Below, piece after piece: positions 25,950 to 38,929 of a DNA stretch of 64,000 nucleotides (position 1 is its first letter; each line of letters starts with the position of its first letter). The stretch lies in assembly GCF_006345805.1 (NCBI RefSeq), contig NC_043008.1:9362001-9426000 (forward strand), read 5' to 3'. The notes beneath the pieces are model-generated. The model was given only the letters and a program-made list of their open reading frames with translations. It ran no database searches and was not told where the DNA came from. This DNA comes from Octopus sinensis (lineage: Eukaryota). The position numbers were made by a program, and so were the translations under genes.

Positions 25950-27118
25950 ATTGGTGAATTGAAGAAATGGAGCTGAACGCAGATTGAACAGAAATCGTTT
26001 TATTCATTCTACACGTGTTCGAAAGGCACAAATACCAAAATCCGATTGAATAATGGGACCATATTGTGTCTTTCTTTCTTCAGGAAGAAAATAGGAAATC
26101 CGTTGGAAAACAAAAAAGACAGAGGCGGGAAAGCAAAAAACAAATCGAACTATGCTCCTAAGAGCCCATGGCGAAACTGTTTATCAGTGTATGTGAGAAC
26201 CGGTGGCTGAAGAATTTAACGGGTCAGGCATCGGTCAATCATGTGGGTGAGGGTGTGTGTGGGTGTTCTTGTGGACGAGAATAAAGTTCTGACTATTAAG
26301 GACTATTGGATGTTTATAAGGGGCGAGAAAAAAATCTACTTAGAGACGGTGTGTGTGTGTATACTGTTCTATATATGTGTGTTGGCGTAGGGGTAGAAAA
26401 CCATTTTTGTGTATGTGTGTGCGTTTGATCGTTCGGCTGTCAGTGGCTACTGCCGCGAGAACCGTTGGGTGCAGAAAAAAAAAAATATATATATTATGTT
26501 TTAGTGTGTTGTGGTGTTCATCTACAGCCTGCTGTCAAGGAGGAAACCCCCGCTGTGAAAAAACCAAGCCCCGTTTGTCTTACAGGAGTCATTCCCCTTG
26601 CAGTGGTTAATCGTTTAATCTAAAAGGCTATTTCAGAATTTGTTACCAAGGGCTATGGGTGCCGGTATTAATTTATAAACGCTATTTAAAAGCCAGATAG
26701 TGTAACGCCGCCAATGGGGGCCATCGAAAAGCCGATGTAAAAAGCCCGTTTACCATCGGCCCTCTGGCAAACAAAATATGGAAGAGTTCGGAGACACAAA
26801 GGTTGCACTGCCTTCTGCCCCTATCAAATGGGAGGGCCCGACAATTCTTCAGCCACCGGTTTCTCAACATACACTGATTAAAAACGTTTCGCCAGGGCTC
26901 TTAGGAGCATAGTTCGATTTGTTTTTGCTCCGCCCTGTTCTGTTTTTGTTTTTCCAACGGATTTCCTATTTTCTTCCTGAAGAGAAAGACACAATATGGT
27001 CCCATTATTCAATCGGATTTTGGTAATTTTGTGCCTTTCGTAACACGTGTAGAATGAAATAAAACGATTTCTGTTCAATCTGCGTTCAGCTCCTTTTCTT
27101 CAATTCACAATAATGTTT
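25944..27118 (-). mobile_element. 5'-truncated Penelope-like insertion with inverted terminal repeats
   Basis: About 273-bp inverted arms at 25944-26216 / 26843-27118. The spacer encodes (minus) RALPFDRGRRQCNLCVSELFHILFARGPMVN, a PLE GIY-YIG C-terminus. A (TA)n tract flanks the left end. Confidence 0.8.
26974..27054 (+). ncRNA. Type-I hammerhead-like motif with long stem II (mirror copy at 26007-26086, minus)
   Basis: UUC-CUGAAGA-GAAAGACACAA(loop)UUGUGCCUUUC-GUAA-CACGUG-UA-GAA. The mirror copy has GAA instead of GAAA. Confidence 0.55.
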
Positions 27119-27321
27119 AATTTCAATATCCGCACCAACGCACGGTTGCAACACCATATGGTTGTGTACCTCAACCGTGCTGTTTACTGCTGTGATTTTT
27201 GCTACTAAGGTATCGGTTAAACTTTTGATTAATCTACTACAAGATTATTCATCTTTCTATTTCACATAATATATATATATATATATATATATAGATATAT
27301 ATATAGATAGATAGATAGATG

Positions 27322-27360
<39 letters not shown>

Positions 27361-27791
27361 CTAAATATATAAATATATATCTAAATATGTATATGCATGT
27401 ATGTATGCATGTATGTATATGTATATATTTACAATGTTGTTACAAGTTGTGTGGTGGGTTATGCCATAGAGTATTTCTTTTCTGAGTGATTTATTTTGAC
27501 GGGGAGAGGTTCACCACGTAGTAGTGCCTCTCTGCAGTAATCTGCAACGCTGATAAAATAGGCTTCACTTTAAAGTAATGCAGATTCATACACATACACA
27601 CACACATGCACACGCACATGCACACACACATACACACATAGACACATACATATACGCGTTCAATGTTGAACTGGTGGAAGAAAGTCTTCCCGATATCATA
27701 TAAGAGATTAGTGCTATTTATACTTTATTCGAGCTAGTCTCTAGTTGCTCTCGCCGATAGGTACACACGGGCTTCAAGCAAGTCACTACCT

Positions 27792-27837
27792 TTGCTTGAT
27801 GACCCTCTGCGCCTGCAGGCAAAACTCGGAGTAGCAA
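27792..27837 (+). ncRNA. Degenerate hammerhead-like motif
   Basis: UUGC-UUGAUGA-CCCU-CUGC(GCCU)GCAG-GC-AAAA-CUCGGAG-UA-GCAA: 4-bp stem I, with C3 and G12 mutated. Confidence 0.35.
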
Positions 27838-28189
27838 CAGATTGAATCAACCAATGTATATGTGTGTATGTGTTTGTGTATTCATGCACGAATACATACA
27901 CACACATTTATATATTATATACACACGCACGTATAAGAAAAAAAATCACGTTAAAAAAGGAATTATGAATTTACCAGAATAAAGAAATCTATTTTTCCCA
28001 ATATTTTCTGAACTAGGTTATGGTATAATCAATAAAAAGAAGTCGAAGAAAATCACTGATGCCCAACACCAATCACAGAGTCTGTCAGATCTATAGGCAT
28101 GGATTTATTCAACATCTAGGAAGCCACACACACACGCACGCACAAATATGGTAGTGTATAAATAATCAAGTACGTATATACACATGTCT

Positions 28190-28223
28190 TTCATATATAT
28201 ACATAATATATAATATATACACA

Positions 28224-28285
<62 letters not shown>

Positions 28286-28394
28286 CATATATACATACAT
28301 ATATATCTAACATATCATATATATATATGTGATCATATATACATGTACATATATATATGTATGTATGTATTATATTAAATACATATTGATATGT

Positions 28395-28436
<42 letters not shown>

Positions 28437-28540
28437 ATATATATACATAAATATGTGTATATATGAATATATGTACGTATATATGCATATACATCATATG
28501 CACACGCATACATGTGTATCAATATGTATGTATGTATATG

Positions 28541-28571
<31 letters not shown>

Positions 28572-28644
28572 CTATACTTATGCAGATATATGTATTTACG
28601 CATTCATGTATGTGTTCATATATATATACACACACACACACGCA

Positions 28645-28700
<56 letters not shown>

Positions 28701-28810
28701 ATTGTGCATAAACGTTTTGGTAAAATAGCAATTTATAAAGATGCATATATACATATATATATATATATATATTATATATATACACACATATATATATATT
28801 ATGTGTATTT
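28190..28810. repeat. (TA)/(CA)/(GT) microsatellite
   Basis: Directly visible. Confidence 0.95.
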
Positions 28811-29319
28811 AATGTGCACATGTCTGCATTAAACACAGACCTATGCACACGTATATCTACACACGTCAACATGCTGCAGGAATATATGTTCACACTGCTT
28901 ATTGCTAAAGAGATCTTGAAGCAGTGCTTGTGGTGTTCTGAATCGTTGAGTAGACGAGGGGGTGGTGTGTGGTAAAGTGAATTATGGCGGATCTTGTGCA
29001 TATTAGCATGGTAGAGCTTGAGGGGTGGCGTCGGAATTGTATTGTGGCTGGTATTTCATTTGTATTTACGTGGTCCTTTCTAGTTGACTGATTTTTATCA
29101 GAGAATGCACAGGAAAATGACATCGACACAAAGGCAACGCAAAGTACAGGACTGAGAATTTCTTGTGTGTGTGTGTGTTTTTTTTTGTTATTACTATCAC
29201 CATCATCAACATCATCATCGCCAACACCACCAATACCACCACCACCACCATCATCAACCCCATCATCACTAATTGTATTTTCATTATCGTATATTTGATA
29301 TGAATACCGGTATCTTTGC

Positions 29320-29740
<421 letters not shown>

Positions 29741-29744
29741 TTGC

Positions 29745-29813
<69 letters not shown>

Positions 29814-29814
29814 T

Positions 29815-30505
29815 TACTTTTAATCTGCATGTTTGTTACAGTCATTTGCTGAGACACACCCAGCGTCCTAGGGCGAATGAAGAATAAGAGATGTTACAGT
29901 ATGACTGAAAGCTTGGAGGGGAAGTAGCGTAATATCTTCGTGTAATACAACAGATATTTAAATGAATGGTGTTTTTCTAAGATTGTGAGCAGTACTTGCC
30001 AGTACTATCTTTTGGATTTCTCTGAGTCATGGTTCTCCTGGGATCTTATCTAGATATTTCTGACCCCTCCTTTTTTTTTATCATACCTAGAGAACCTACA
30101 CTAACAGGAATAGTTCTCGCTTTAAGATGCCTCAACTTTTGTATTTCAATTTCTAGGTCCTTAAATTTATTTAGTTTGTCAAATTCCTTTACAGATATAT
30201 TTGTATCAATGGGAACACTTACATCTGCCTATAAGTATTTTCTTCCCCGTCTTTAATGACTATATCTGGTCGATTAGCCTGGATCGTTCTGTCGGTGTTG
30301 ACTGGAAAATCCCAGAGGATAGTCACATTTTTAACTTCAACGACTAGCTCAGGATGGTGTTCATACCAGTAAGCAGGAGTGCTGATTTTGTAGTATTTAC
30401 ATTTTTTACCAATGTAAATACTGTCCTACCCTGTCGTGGCGATTTTTGTATTCGTTTGGTGTCAGCACAGGACATTACGAGACGAGATGGTCTATTGCTT
30501 CGTCA
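29815..30505 (-). mobile_element. 5'-truncated R4/Dong-type LINE (CCHC remnant plus RLE domain)
   Basis: Minus EAIDHLVS*CPVLTPNEYKNRHDRVGQYLHW..TILWDFPVNTDRTIQANRPDIVI..DVSVPIDTNISVKEFDKLNKFKDLEIEI..REIQKIVL; (ATT)n on both sides. Confidence 0.9.
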
Positions 30506-30526
30506 TTATTATTATTATTATTATTA

Positions 30527-30577
<51 letters not shown>

Positions 30578-30645
30578 TTTGTTTATTTTGTCCTGTGCTG
30601 TCCATAATATTTTTCTTAATGTAAGCCCTTGTAGTTAATAAAGAA

Positions 30646-30716
<71 letters not shown>

Positions 30717-30859
30717 CAGACAATTTTACAGACATAAATAAAGCAGTTTAGTCAATATTGCAAAACAGTAAGAAATGGAACAAATCAATAAAATATTTCG
30801 AACCACTGATCAGTGAGATAAAGGCAATGGAAAACACAAGAATTGTCACGTGAATACTA

Positions 30860-30862
30860 GCT

Positions 30863-30906
<44 letters not shown>

Positions 30907-31046
30907 TGTAGTAACGATGATGATGATGGTGTATGTGTGCGTATATATATATATTTATATATTAATATACAACATTCACACACATACCCACATAGATATA
31001 TACATACATATATTTATATGCATATATATATACATATATATACACA

Positions 31047-31102
<56 letters not shown>

Positions 31103-31150
31103 TTTATCCATTTATACATATTTATACATATATATATATATATATATATA
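30860..31150. repeat. (GTA)n then (TA/CA) microsatellite
   Basis: Directly visible. Confidence 0.95.
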
Positions 31151-31179
31151 TGGTGATTGATCCATCTTTATAGATGATT

Positions 31180-31520
31180 GCCATCTCTTTGTGCCTCGTC
31201 TTTGTCAATTTCCGCCCATGACCTCTTAGATGACTATTCAGTTCCACTGCAGATCTGCATGGTTTGAAGCATAGGTGAAAGACGGAAGTTTTAATTTGTA
31301 TTGGATCGATTTGACAGGCAATGTTCTATGCAACTTTTCTAATACCTTCCCTTAAAAAGGGGCTGCTCTGTCGCAATAATTCCCACCGGTGTTGGCTTCT
31401 GTAACAGGAAGGTACAACAAAGATGTGGGGATAAATATCTTGCGGCATATGTGCAAAATTTTGACTGAGCGTTTCAAACTGTTTGGGTCTGTACACATCA
31501 CTACTTTTCCAAACTTTGGC
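31180..31520 (-). mobile_element. Old RTE LINE 3' end with C2H2 remnant
   Basis: Minus VFHLCFKPCRSAVELNSHLRGHGR; homologous to 38930-39200. Confidence 0.6.
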
Positions 31521-31539
31521 ACAATGCTAGAAATCTTGG

Positions 31540-31650
31540 AGAAGCGGCACAGTCGATTACGTTGATTACAGCACTCAACTGGTACTATTTCATCGACCCC
31601 GAAAGTATAAAAGGCAAAGTCGTCCCCTCATCAGGATTAGAACTCAGAAC
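31540..31650 (-). mobile_element. SINE family A, partial
   Basis: aactggtact..tcgaccccgaaag..aaaggcaaagtc..gaactcagaacg. Confidence 0.6.
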
Positions 31651-31790
31651 GAGATAGATTCAGATGAATATGGTACTTAGGTTGAGGCAGCAGAATTTAG
31701 TACGGTACTATCCATACAATTTCAAAATAAGGTGATTAAAATCAAAATAAGCAACAAGGATATCCTTGTAGCTTATTTTGATAAATACAT

Positions 31791-31864
<74 letters not shown>

Positions 31865-32464
31865 CATACATACATGCATACATACATACATGCATACATA
31901 CATACATACATACATACATACATACATACACTACATACTACTACATACATACATACATACAAAACATACATGTAACAACATATTTGGTAAAGAAAGTCTA
32001 ATCCTTGATAATCCTTTACAGCTGTCGCAAAAGTTCAGCATCGGAGTGCTGCAATAAAACATGTAATTCGCAAACAGGTGTATATACTAATGCAACAACA
32101 CTTATCAAAAGTGTAGAAATTGATATCAACACATAAGCATGATAAGTCAACATGTTGAAGCTCGTAAGCTTGTACGTCAGTATGTTGAAGCTCGAAGTGT
32201 TTGATTTTTTTTTCGCCGGTAGAATTAGTGATAGAATGCAAACGATGTAGTAGTGAACCGTGTATATAAGACCATACAAATATCATTAAAAAAAGACGGA
32301 GGAAGAGGGGAATTAGTAATGGTGACGTAGACAGAGTTAGAGAAACAAAGGCTTGATACCAAGAGCAAGCTCATATTAGTAAACGTGAGATATGCTTTTA
32401 TTATGGCCACACAGGGCTAAACACAGAAAATAGACGAAATAATAATATAATAATAATAATAGTA

Positions 32465-32507
<43 letters not shown>

Positions 32508-32518
32508 GAATAATGATG

Positions 32519-32554
<36 letters not shown>

Positions 32555-32597
32555 TAATATAATAATAATAATATAATAATAATAATAATAATAATAA

Positions 32598-33005
32598 AGA
32601 CCTACTCATTGAAATTGAGAAAATGTGGATAAAGACCTACTCATTGAAATTGAGAAAATGTGGCATCTCAAGGCGGTTACAATACCAGTGATCGTAGGAG
32701 CACTAGGAATGATCAAGAAGGGAACCGAAAATTATATGAGAATGATCCCTGGCTTACCATCCCTGCAAGAAGTGCAAAAGATTGTCTTAACTGGTACATC
32801 ACACGTATTGAGAAGAGCATTGTCGATGTGAGAACTGTTGCTGCTCATGTATTATAATTAAAAAAAAAAAAATAAAAATAAAAAATGAACGAACTATTGA
32901 GTTTGGTTTAATGGCCTACCAATGTATACTATGAGTTTCTTTGCCCTATGAGTCGGGAAGACACTCGGCAAGAAATGGAAGCAAATTTGAAAGAAGAAAA
33001 AAAAA
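32598..33005 (+). mobile_element. 5'-truncated R4/Dong-type LINE 3' end in (TAA)n
   Basis: KDLLIEIEKMWHLKAVTIPVIVGALGMIKKGTENYMRMIPGLPSLQEVQKIVLTGTSHVLRRALSM* (ORF 32625-32831), then 3'UTR; (TAA)n on both sides. Confidence 0.9.
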
Positions 33006-33026
33006 GTAATAATAATAATAATAATG

Positions 33027-33071
<45 letters not shown>

Positions 33072-33083
33072 TAATAATAATAA

Positions 33084-33127
<44 letters not shown>

Positions 33128-34391
33128 TAAGCAAGGAAGATATTCCTCAAGTTTCTCAAACGAAGAAGGTCTGTCCGAAGTGTTTTTAGTGCGGAATTTA
33201 AAGACGGATTTTCAGACGAGACATGCCATTTTAGACGATTTAGAAAGCATTCCTTTTTTTTATGTCCCAGAAAAATCAGTTTGTATCATACAAACAAAAT
33301 GTCGGAATTTGTGTTAGTAGCACGTGGCTGATCAAAAAACAGTCAGCCAAAATCAAAATACATCTACTGCAGTCGAAAATCAACGAACAGCAACTTCCTG
33401 TGCTGTAGGGCAAAGGCTATAAAAATTGCTTCTCTTTATATTTTACGTGTCTTTTTATATATTAAAAAAAAAATCTTATTTTAATGAATGGAATGCAGAA
33501 CTGACATGTCCATTTCATGTACATGTCAGTTTCGCATCGATTTGAACTCGTAACCTTCGAATTAGCAATTAAGCACCAAAGCCATTCACTTCTTGTAACT
33601 ATAAGTGGATATCGATTGGTAAAAGAAAATCAATATGAAGCCATTAAAGTGAAATTAGTTAAGAGGTGGAGATTGTAGAATGACAAAATGGAAACGATTC
33701 TTCGTAGATGGCATAGGTAATTTGATTGTGAATTTAGATAATGCTTTTACTGACTCTATCTCCACGTTTCCATATTCTAATTTCCTCATCTCCAATATCT
33801 GTAGAAACCATAATAATAGAATGATGATTTCTTAATATTCACAAACATTCTATGTCTTCTGAAGAACTCAAAGAAAACTCAGAAGTTATCTCTTTCGTAT
33901 CGCTTCCCTTGTATATCGTAGATGCAATTAATCAAACCCAAAAAGTACGTGGTCTTCGGTCGTATTCGGTCTATTCATGATAGAGCTGAGGTTATTTTGG
34001 GCATCATTTAGCTGTAAAGATTAATCTCTTTAGTGAAACCTTCCTGATAGATGGGTATGTGTATATATGTGTGAAAGAGCGCGTGCGTATATGATTGAAT
34101 GCCGGTTTGTATGCATGTGTGTACAGGCATATGCATGTGTGTGTGTGTTGGGGGTGCTACTTCCATTTATGTTACTCTGTGTTCTTCTTCTTGCTCTTTA
34201 GCCTTAGCTTCCGTACAGCGTCTGTTAAAGTAAACATTTGATCAAAGATATTTCAATTCTGACTATTCGTCCCGTACTTTTTCAGGCAACGAATATCTAA
34301 GACTACACGATGCAATATGTTCTTCCTCCTGTTAAGACTCTAAGTCTGTGATTGAAAAGGAATGCATGCTATTTCTAGCAGATTCTGCAAC

Positions 34392-34626
34392 CTATTTCTT
34401 TACTACCCACAAGGGGCTAAACACAGAGGGGACAAACAACGACAGACGAACGGATTAAGTCGATTACATCGACCCCAGTGCGTAACTGGTGCTTAATTTA
34501 TCGACTCAGAAAGGATGAAAGGCAAAGTCGACCTCGGCAGAATTTGAACTCAGAACGTAACGGCAGACGGAATACTGCAAAGCATTTCACCCGGCGTACT
34601 AACGTTTCTGCCAGCTCACCCCCTTT
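34392..34626 (-). mobile_element. SINE family A2 with 16-bp TSD
   Basis: TSD tagcagattc(t/a)gcaac at 34376-34391 and 34627-34642. Confidence 0.9.
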
Positions 34627-34867
34627 TAGCAGATTCAGCAACTATGGAGCTGCCCCAGTGTGGACTTGCCTAACTATGAAAATATCCTACATTGAATAAA
34701 CGGTTACATATTACGGAGTTTAATAAGTTGCACTATGACACGAAGTTTGGCCGATCATCTATCAACGTTGCCATATTGATTCACTTTGGTTTTAACTTTT
34801 GATAGCTTTGATGTTAATATAATCAATAGACGGAGGCCAGCAAGAAATAAATCTACGATACAAATAA

Positions 34868-35070
34868 GGCAGCGACCGGGCAAAATCTTAACCACACCCC
34901 ACAAAATAGGTAGCGGAATTTCCTCTGAAGCTTTACGTTCTAAGTTCAAATCACGCCGAGATCACCTTTGCTTTTCATCCCTGTGAGATCGATAAAATAA
35001 AGTATCAGTCAAGTACTTGAGTCGATATAATCAGCTTGTACTCTCTCCTCCAAATTGGTGACGTTGAGCC
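34868..35070 (+). mobile_element. SINE family A, diverged
   Basis: B-box aagttcaaatc, ctttgcttttcatcc..gatcgataaaataa. Confidence 0.65.
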
Positions 35071-35109
35071 CTGCAACCGGATATATATATTATATATATA
35101 TATATAATA

Positions 35110-35205
35110 TATATATTATTTTATTTGTTTCAGTCACATTGACTGCGCCCATGCTGAAGCACCATCTTGAAGGGTTTTCATTCGAAGAAATTGACCCCAG
35201 GACTT
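35110..35205 (-). mobile_element. SINE family H 3' fragment (an opposite-strand fragment lies at 35785-35860)
   Basis: tcagtcacattgactgcgcccatgctgaagcacc, versus ggcggtgttccagcatggccacagtcaaatgattgaaac on the + strand. Confidence 0.65.
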
Positions 35206-35259
35206 GCTGATCCAAAACTACAGAATATAACATTTACCTAAGATGTCACGCAATGGAAT

Positions 35260-35268
35260 TGATATATA

Positions 35269-35306
<38 letters not shown>

Positions 35307-35530
35307 TAATTATATATATATATAACTATATATATATATATGTATGTATGTATGTATGTGTGTGTGTATGTATAGACAGAGAGAGAGAAAGACTGATAGA
35401 TAGGTAGATAGATTGAGATAATTACAGACTGAGGGAGAGAGAGAAACAGTGAGAGAGAGGGAGAGAGATGATGATAACGAGGAGGAGAAGGAAGAGGAGG
35501 AGGAGGAAGAGGAGGAGGAGGAGGATGAAG
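35260..35530. repeat. (TA)/(GA)/(GAG) repeats
   Basis: Directly visible. Confidence 0.9.
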
Positions 35531-35872
35531 GGGAAGTAAGAAAGTGAAAAAGGTCAATAATCGAACATCATTCAGATAGTATCTGATCAATACTGCCGAG
35601 TAGAGACTTGTATAAAGCTGTCAACATGAAGTCAAGCGGAAATTTTCCTAAGTGGTCAAAAATTCAGCGCACATTGAAGACTGCTCAAGAAACGGAGAAT
35701 GTCGCTTTAAATATCTAACAAGTCCTGTGAACGCATCACCAAGAATTATTGGTGGAGCAACGTAAAATAAAGTGTCTTGCTCAAGAACACAATGCGTCGC
35801 CTAAAGGCGGTGTTCCAGCATGGCCACAGTCAAATGATTGAAACAAGTAAAATAGTAAAGATTATATATATA

Positions 35873-36088
35873 TACTTTTCTGCTCTAGGCACAAGGCCCT
35901 AAATTTGGGAGGAGGGCCCCAGTCGATTAGATTGACCTCAATACGCAACCGGTACTTAATTTATCGATCTCGAAAGGATGAAAGGCAAAGTCGACTTCGG
36001 CGGAATTTGAACTCAGAACGTAAAGACAGACGAAATACCGCTAAGCATCTCGCCCGGCGTGCTAACGTTTCGGCCAACTCGACGCCTT
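35873..36088 (-). mobile_element. SINE family A
   Basis: Full-length reverse copy. Confidence 0.9.
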
Positions 36089-36089
36089 A

Positions 36090-36104
36090 TATTTGTGTGC
36101 GTGT

Positions 36105-36143
<39 letters not shown>

Positions 36144-36166
36144 CGCATATGGATATATATGTATAA

Positions 36167-36197
<31 letters not shown>

Positions 36198-36290
36198 TAT
36201 GTGTGTATGCCTATATATGTTCATATATGTGTGTGTATGTGAGTGTGTGCGCGTGCGTATGTAGATATTGGCTTCTTTGTATCTATACAA

Positions 36291-36321
<31 letters not shown>

Positions 36322-36620
36322 CATATATATATAGTTATAAATACATATCTATATCTATGCATACATACATACATATATATATATATATACTTACATACAT
36401 ACATACATACATACATACCTATACATATATATATATACATACATACATATTTTATATATATACATATATATAATACATACATATATATATATATATATAT
36501 ATTATTGTGTGGGGTGTGTGGTGTTGTGTGTGCGTGTGTGTGTGTGTGTTGTGGTGTGTAATATATATATATATACATACATACATATATGTTATTATAT
36601 GTGTATATATATATATGCTG
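36090..36620. repeat. (GT)/(TA)/(CA) microsatellite
   Basis: Directly visible. Confidence 0.95.
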
Positions 36621-36786
36621 CGGTTGGTGTAACTGCAAGTGCCTGGGCAGTTGTCATGGTGATGGTTGCAGCTGGGCAATCACATGACAACATGGCAGGG
36701 CGGAACATGTATATGAATAATAAATGAAAAAGATGAATACATGAATAACATTAATAATCACGAATTAAATTTAAATGCTGGCAATG

Positions 36787-36787
<1 letters not shown>

Positions 36788-36837
<50 letters not shown>

Positions 36838-37500
36838 CGTCAAGATGGTGACCATGACAATGAAACTGCAGCCTGTCTTGGTGGTGATTATGGTGACGAC
36901 GATGAGGACGGGTCCGTTATTGTGTGGATAAGGAGGTGGGAGTGGAAGGAAAGTGGGAGAAGGGGAGAAGGGGAGGAGAAAGAGGCAAGGCAGATGGTGG
37001 GGGAGACGATGGAAGGGGGGAACCGGTGTGTGCGGAGCCGGTGGAGGAAAAGGGTGATGATGGAGGAGGAGGAAGAAGGGGTGGTGGTAGAGAAGGAGGT
37101 AGCCGAGAAAGGGGAGGCATATTTGAAGGAAGCAGAGAGAAGGCAGAGGAAGAGGAGGCAAACGAAGAGGAAACGGAGGAGAAAGAAGCAGAAAGAGGCA
37201 GAAGGGGAGGCAGGGGAGAGGAGGCAGAGGAAGGAGGGGAAGAAGAAGGGGAAGCAGAGGAAGAGGAGGAGGCAAAAGAAGAGGAGGAAGAGGAGGTGGT
37301 GATAGAAGAGGAGGAAGAGGAGGTGGTGATAGAGGAGGAGGTAGCAGAGGAAGAAGAGGCAGATGAAAAGGAATCAGAGAAAGAGGCAGAAGAATAGAAG
37401 GCAGGGGAAGAGGAGGCAGAGGAAGAAGAGGAAGGTGAGGCAGAGGAAGAGGAGGAGGCAAAAGAAGATGAGGAAGAGGGGCTGGTGGAGGAGGAGGTGA
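36788..37500 (+). repeat. (CAA)n followed by a degenerate polypurine (GAR)n low-complexity tract
   Basis: Visible, with internal 20-40 bp duplications. Confidence 0.85.
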
Positions 37501-37931
37501 AATCGTATTAGATGAAGAATGAGAGGAAACCGAAGGATGTTGAAAAGGATAAAGGAACGAAGAGGATTTAGAGAATACAATCTGAAAATATTGTTTTAAG
37601 AATTGGAATTTGTTTAGGTTTTTTCTGTTGTCTCCAGAAGAAATGGAGTCCCAGCTGTGTGTGTGGAAGTGTCACATCTTGAGAACTGAATGGGAGTACA
37701 ATGAGAAATGAATGAAGATGAGAATTTCAAATACGAATTTAGCAGGAAAAACAGACAGATAACAACATGCCTCTTAAATTAGGAGAATATATTTATGGAA
37801 ATAATGGAGGGAATTTAAGGAAAAAGTAGGACGTATTGAAACTAAAAAATAAAACAGAAAGGAATTGAAAAAGTAAATGTAGAATATTTAGTATTGTAGA
37901 GAATAAAACGATGATGAATAAGAAATACATA

Positions 37932-38205
37932 TGAGGCCTGATCAACAAGTATCTGGACTGTTGCCATAGTAACGAAGCTAAATGCACACGGAGTGAAGCC
38001 GCTTTGCAAAAATTGACCTCGAACGCTGCTTTTAACGTTCCAGATCACTTCCGCTGCTTACAGCAGTACTTGGAAGGAAGGTGTGTAGTGTGTGATCATC
38101 GGATTGACAATGACAGAGATAGCTGAGCATAGAATCTGCATCAGATTTTGCCAAAAGCTTGACGATATCTGCTCAGAGGCCTAGGCAAAGTTTTCAAAAA
38201 GTTTC
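37932..38205 (+). mobile_element. Mariner 5' fragment (TIR, 5'UTR, transposase N-terminus)
   Basis: TA + tgaggcctgatcaacaagtatctggact TIR; MTEIAEHRICIRFCQKL resembles mariner EQRxCIKFCxKL. Confidence 0.7.
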
Positions 38206-38338
38206 CATCGTTCTCGACACAATCAAGGAGATCCTGTGCGACTGAAACCCGAGTGTCTTTTTGGTCAGCTGAAATTATATAAATATATATATATAATATA
38301 TATATATATATTGTGTGTGTGTGTGTGTGTGTGTGTAT

Positions 38339-38370
<32 letters not shown>

Positions 38371-38524
38371 TGTATGTATGTATGTATGTTATGTAGTAAA
38401 TATATATATATATATACTATATGTATATATATATATGTCTATATTTTTATATATATTAATACCCTGTATATCTATATATATGTAATATATTATATATATA
38501 TATATATTATATATATATATATAT

Positions 38525-38810
38525 ATTTACTAGCATAAGGGTTTAGCAACGAGTTGCCTTACCACATACCGAATTTAGAATAGCAGTCAAAGGGTTATAG
38601 CTATTTCTTCTACTATTTTAGTAGAAGAAATAGCTATAACCCTTTGACTGCTATTCTAAATTCGGTATGTGGTAAGGCAACTCGTTGCTAACCCTTATTG
38701 CTTAGTATTACTTAATTTTTCCTCGAATGAGGCTTTTACATGCCGAAGACTACTTGGTGTAATTGATAATTTTTCCAAATTAATTAATTTCACCCTTCAT
38801 TATTACGGAT
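38525..38810. mobile_element. Family D foldback element (about 80-bp hairpin) in (TA)n
   Basis: Arms 38536-38615 / 38619-38697 with a 3-nt loop; 38619-38810 is the reverse complement of ~62345-62540. Confidence 0.85.
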
Positions 38811-38816
38811 ATATAT

Positions 38817-38870
<54 letters not shown>

Positions 38871-38929
38871 ATAGGTATATGTGTTATGTATGTGTGTGTG
38901 CGGATACATTTTTACGTGATTGCTATCTC

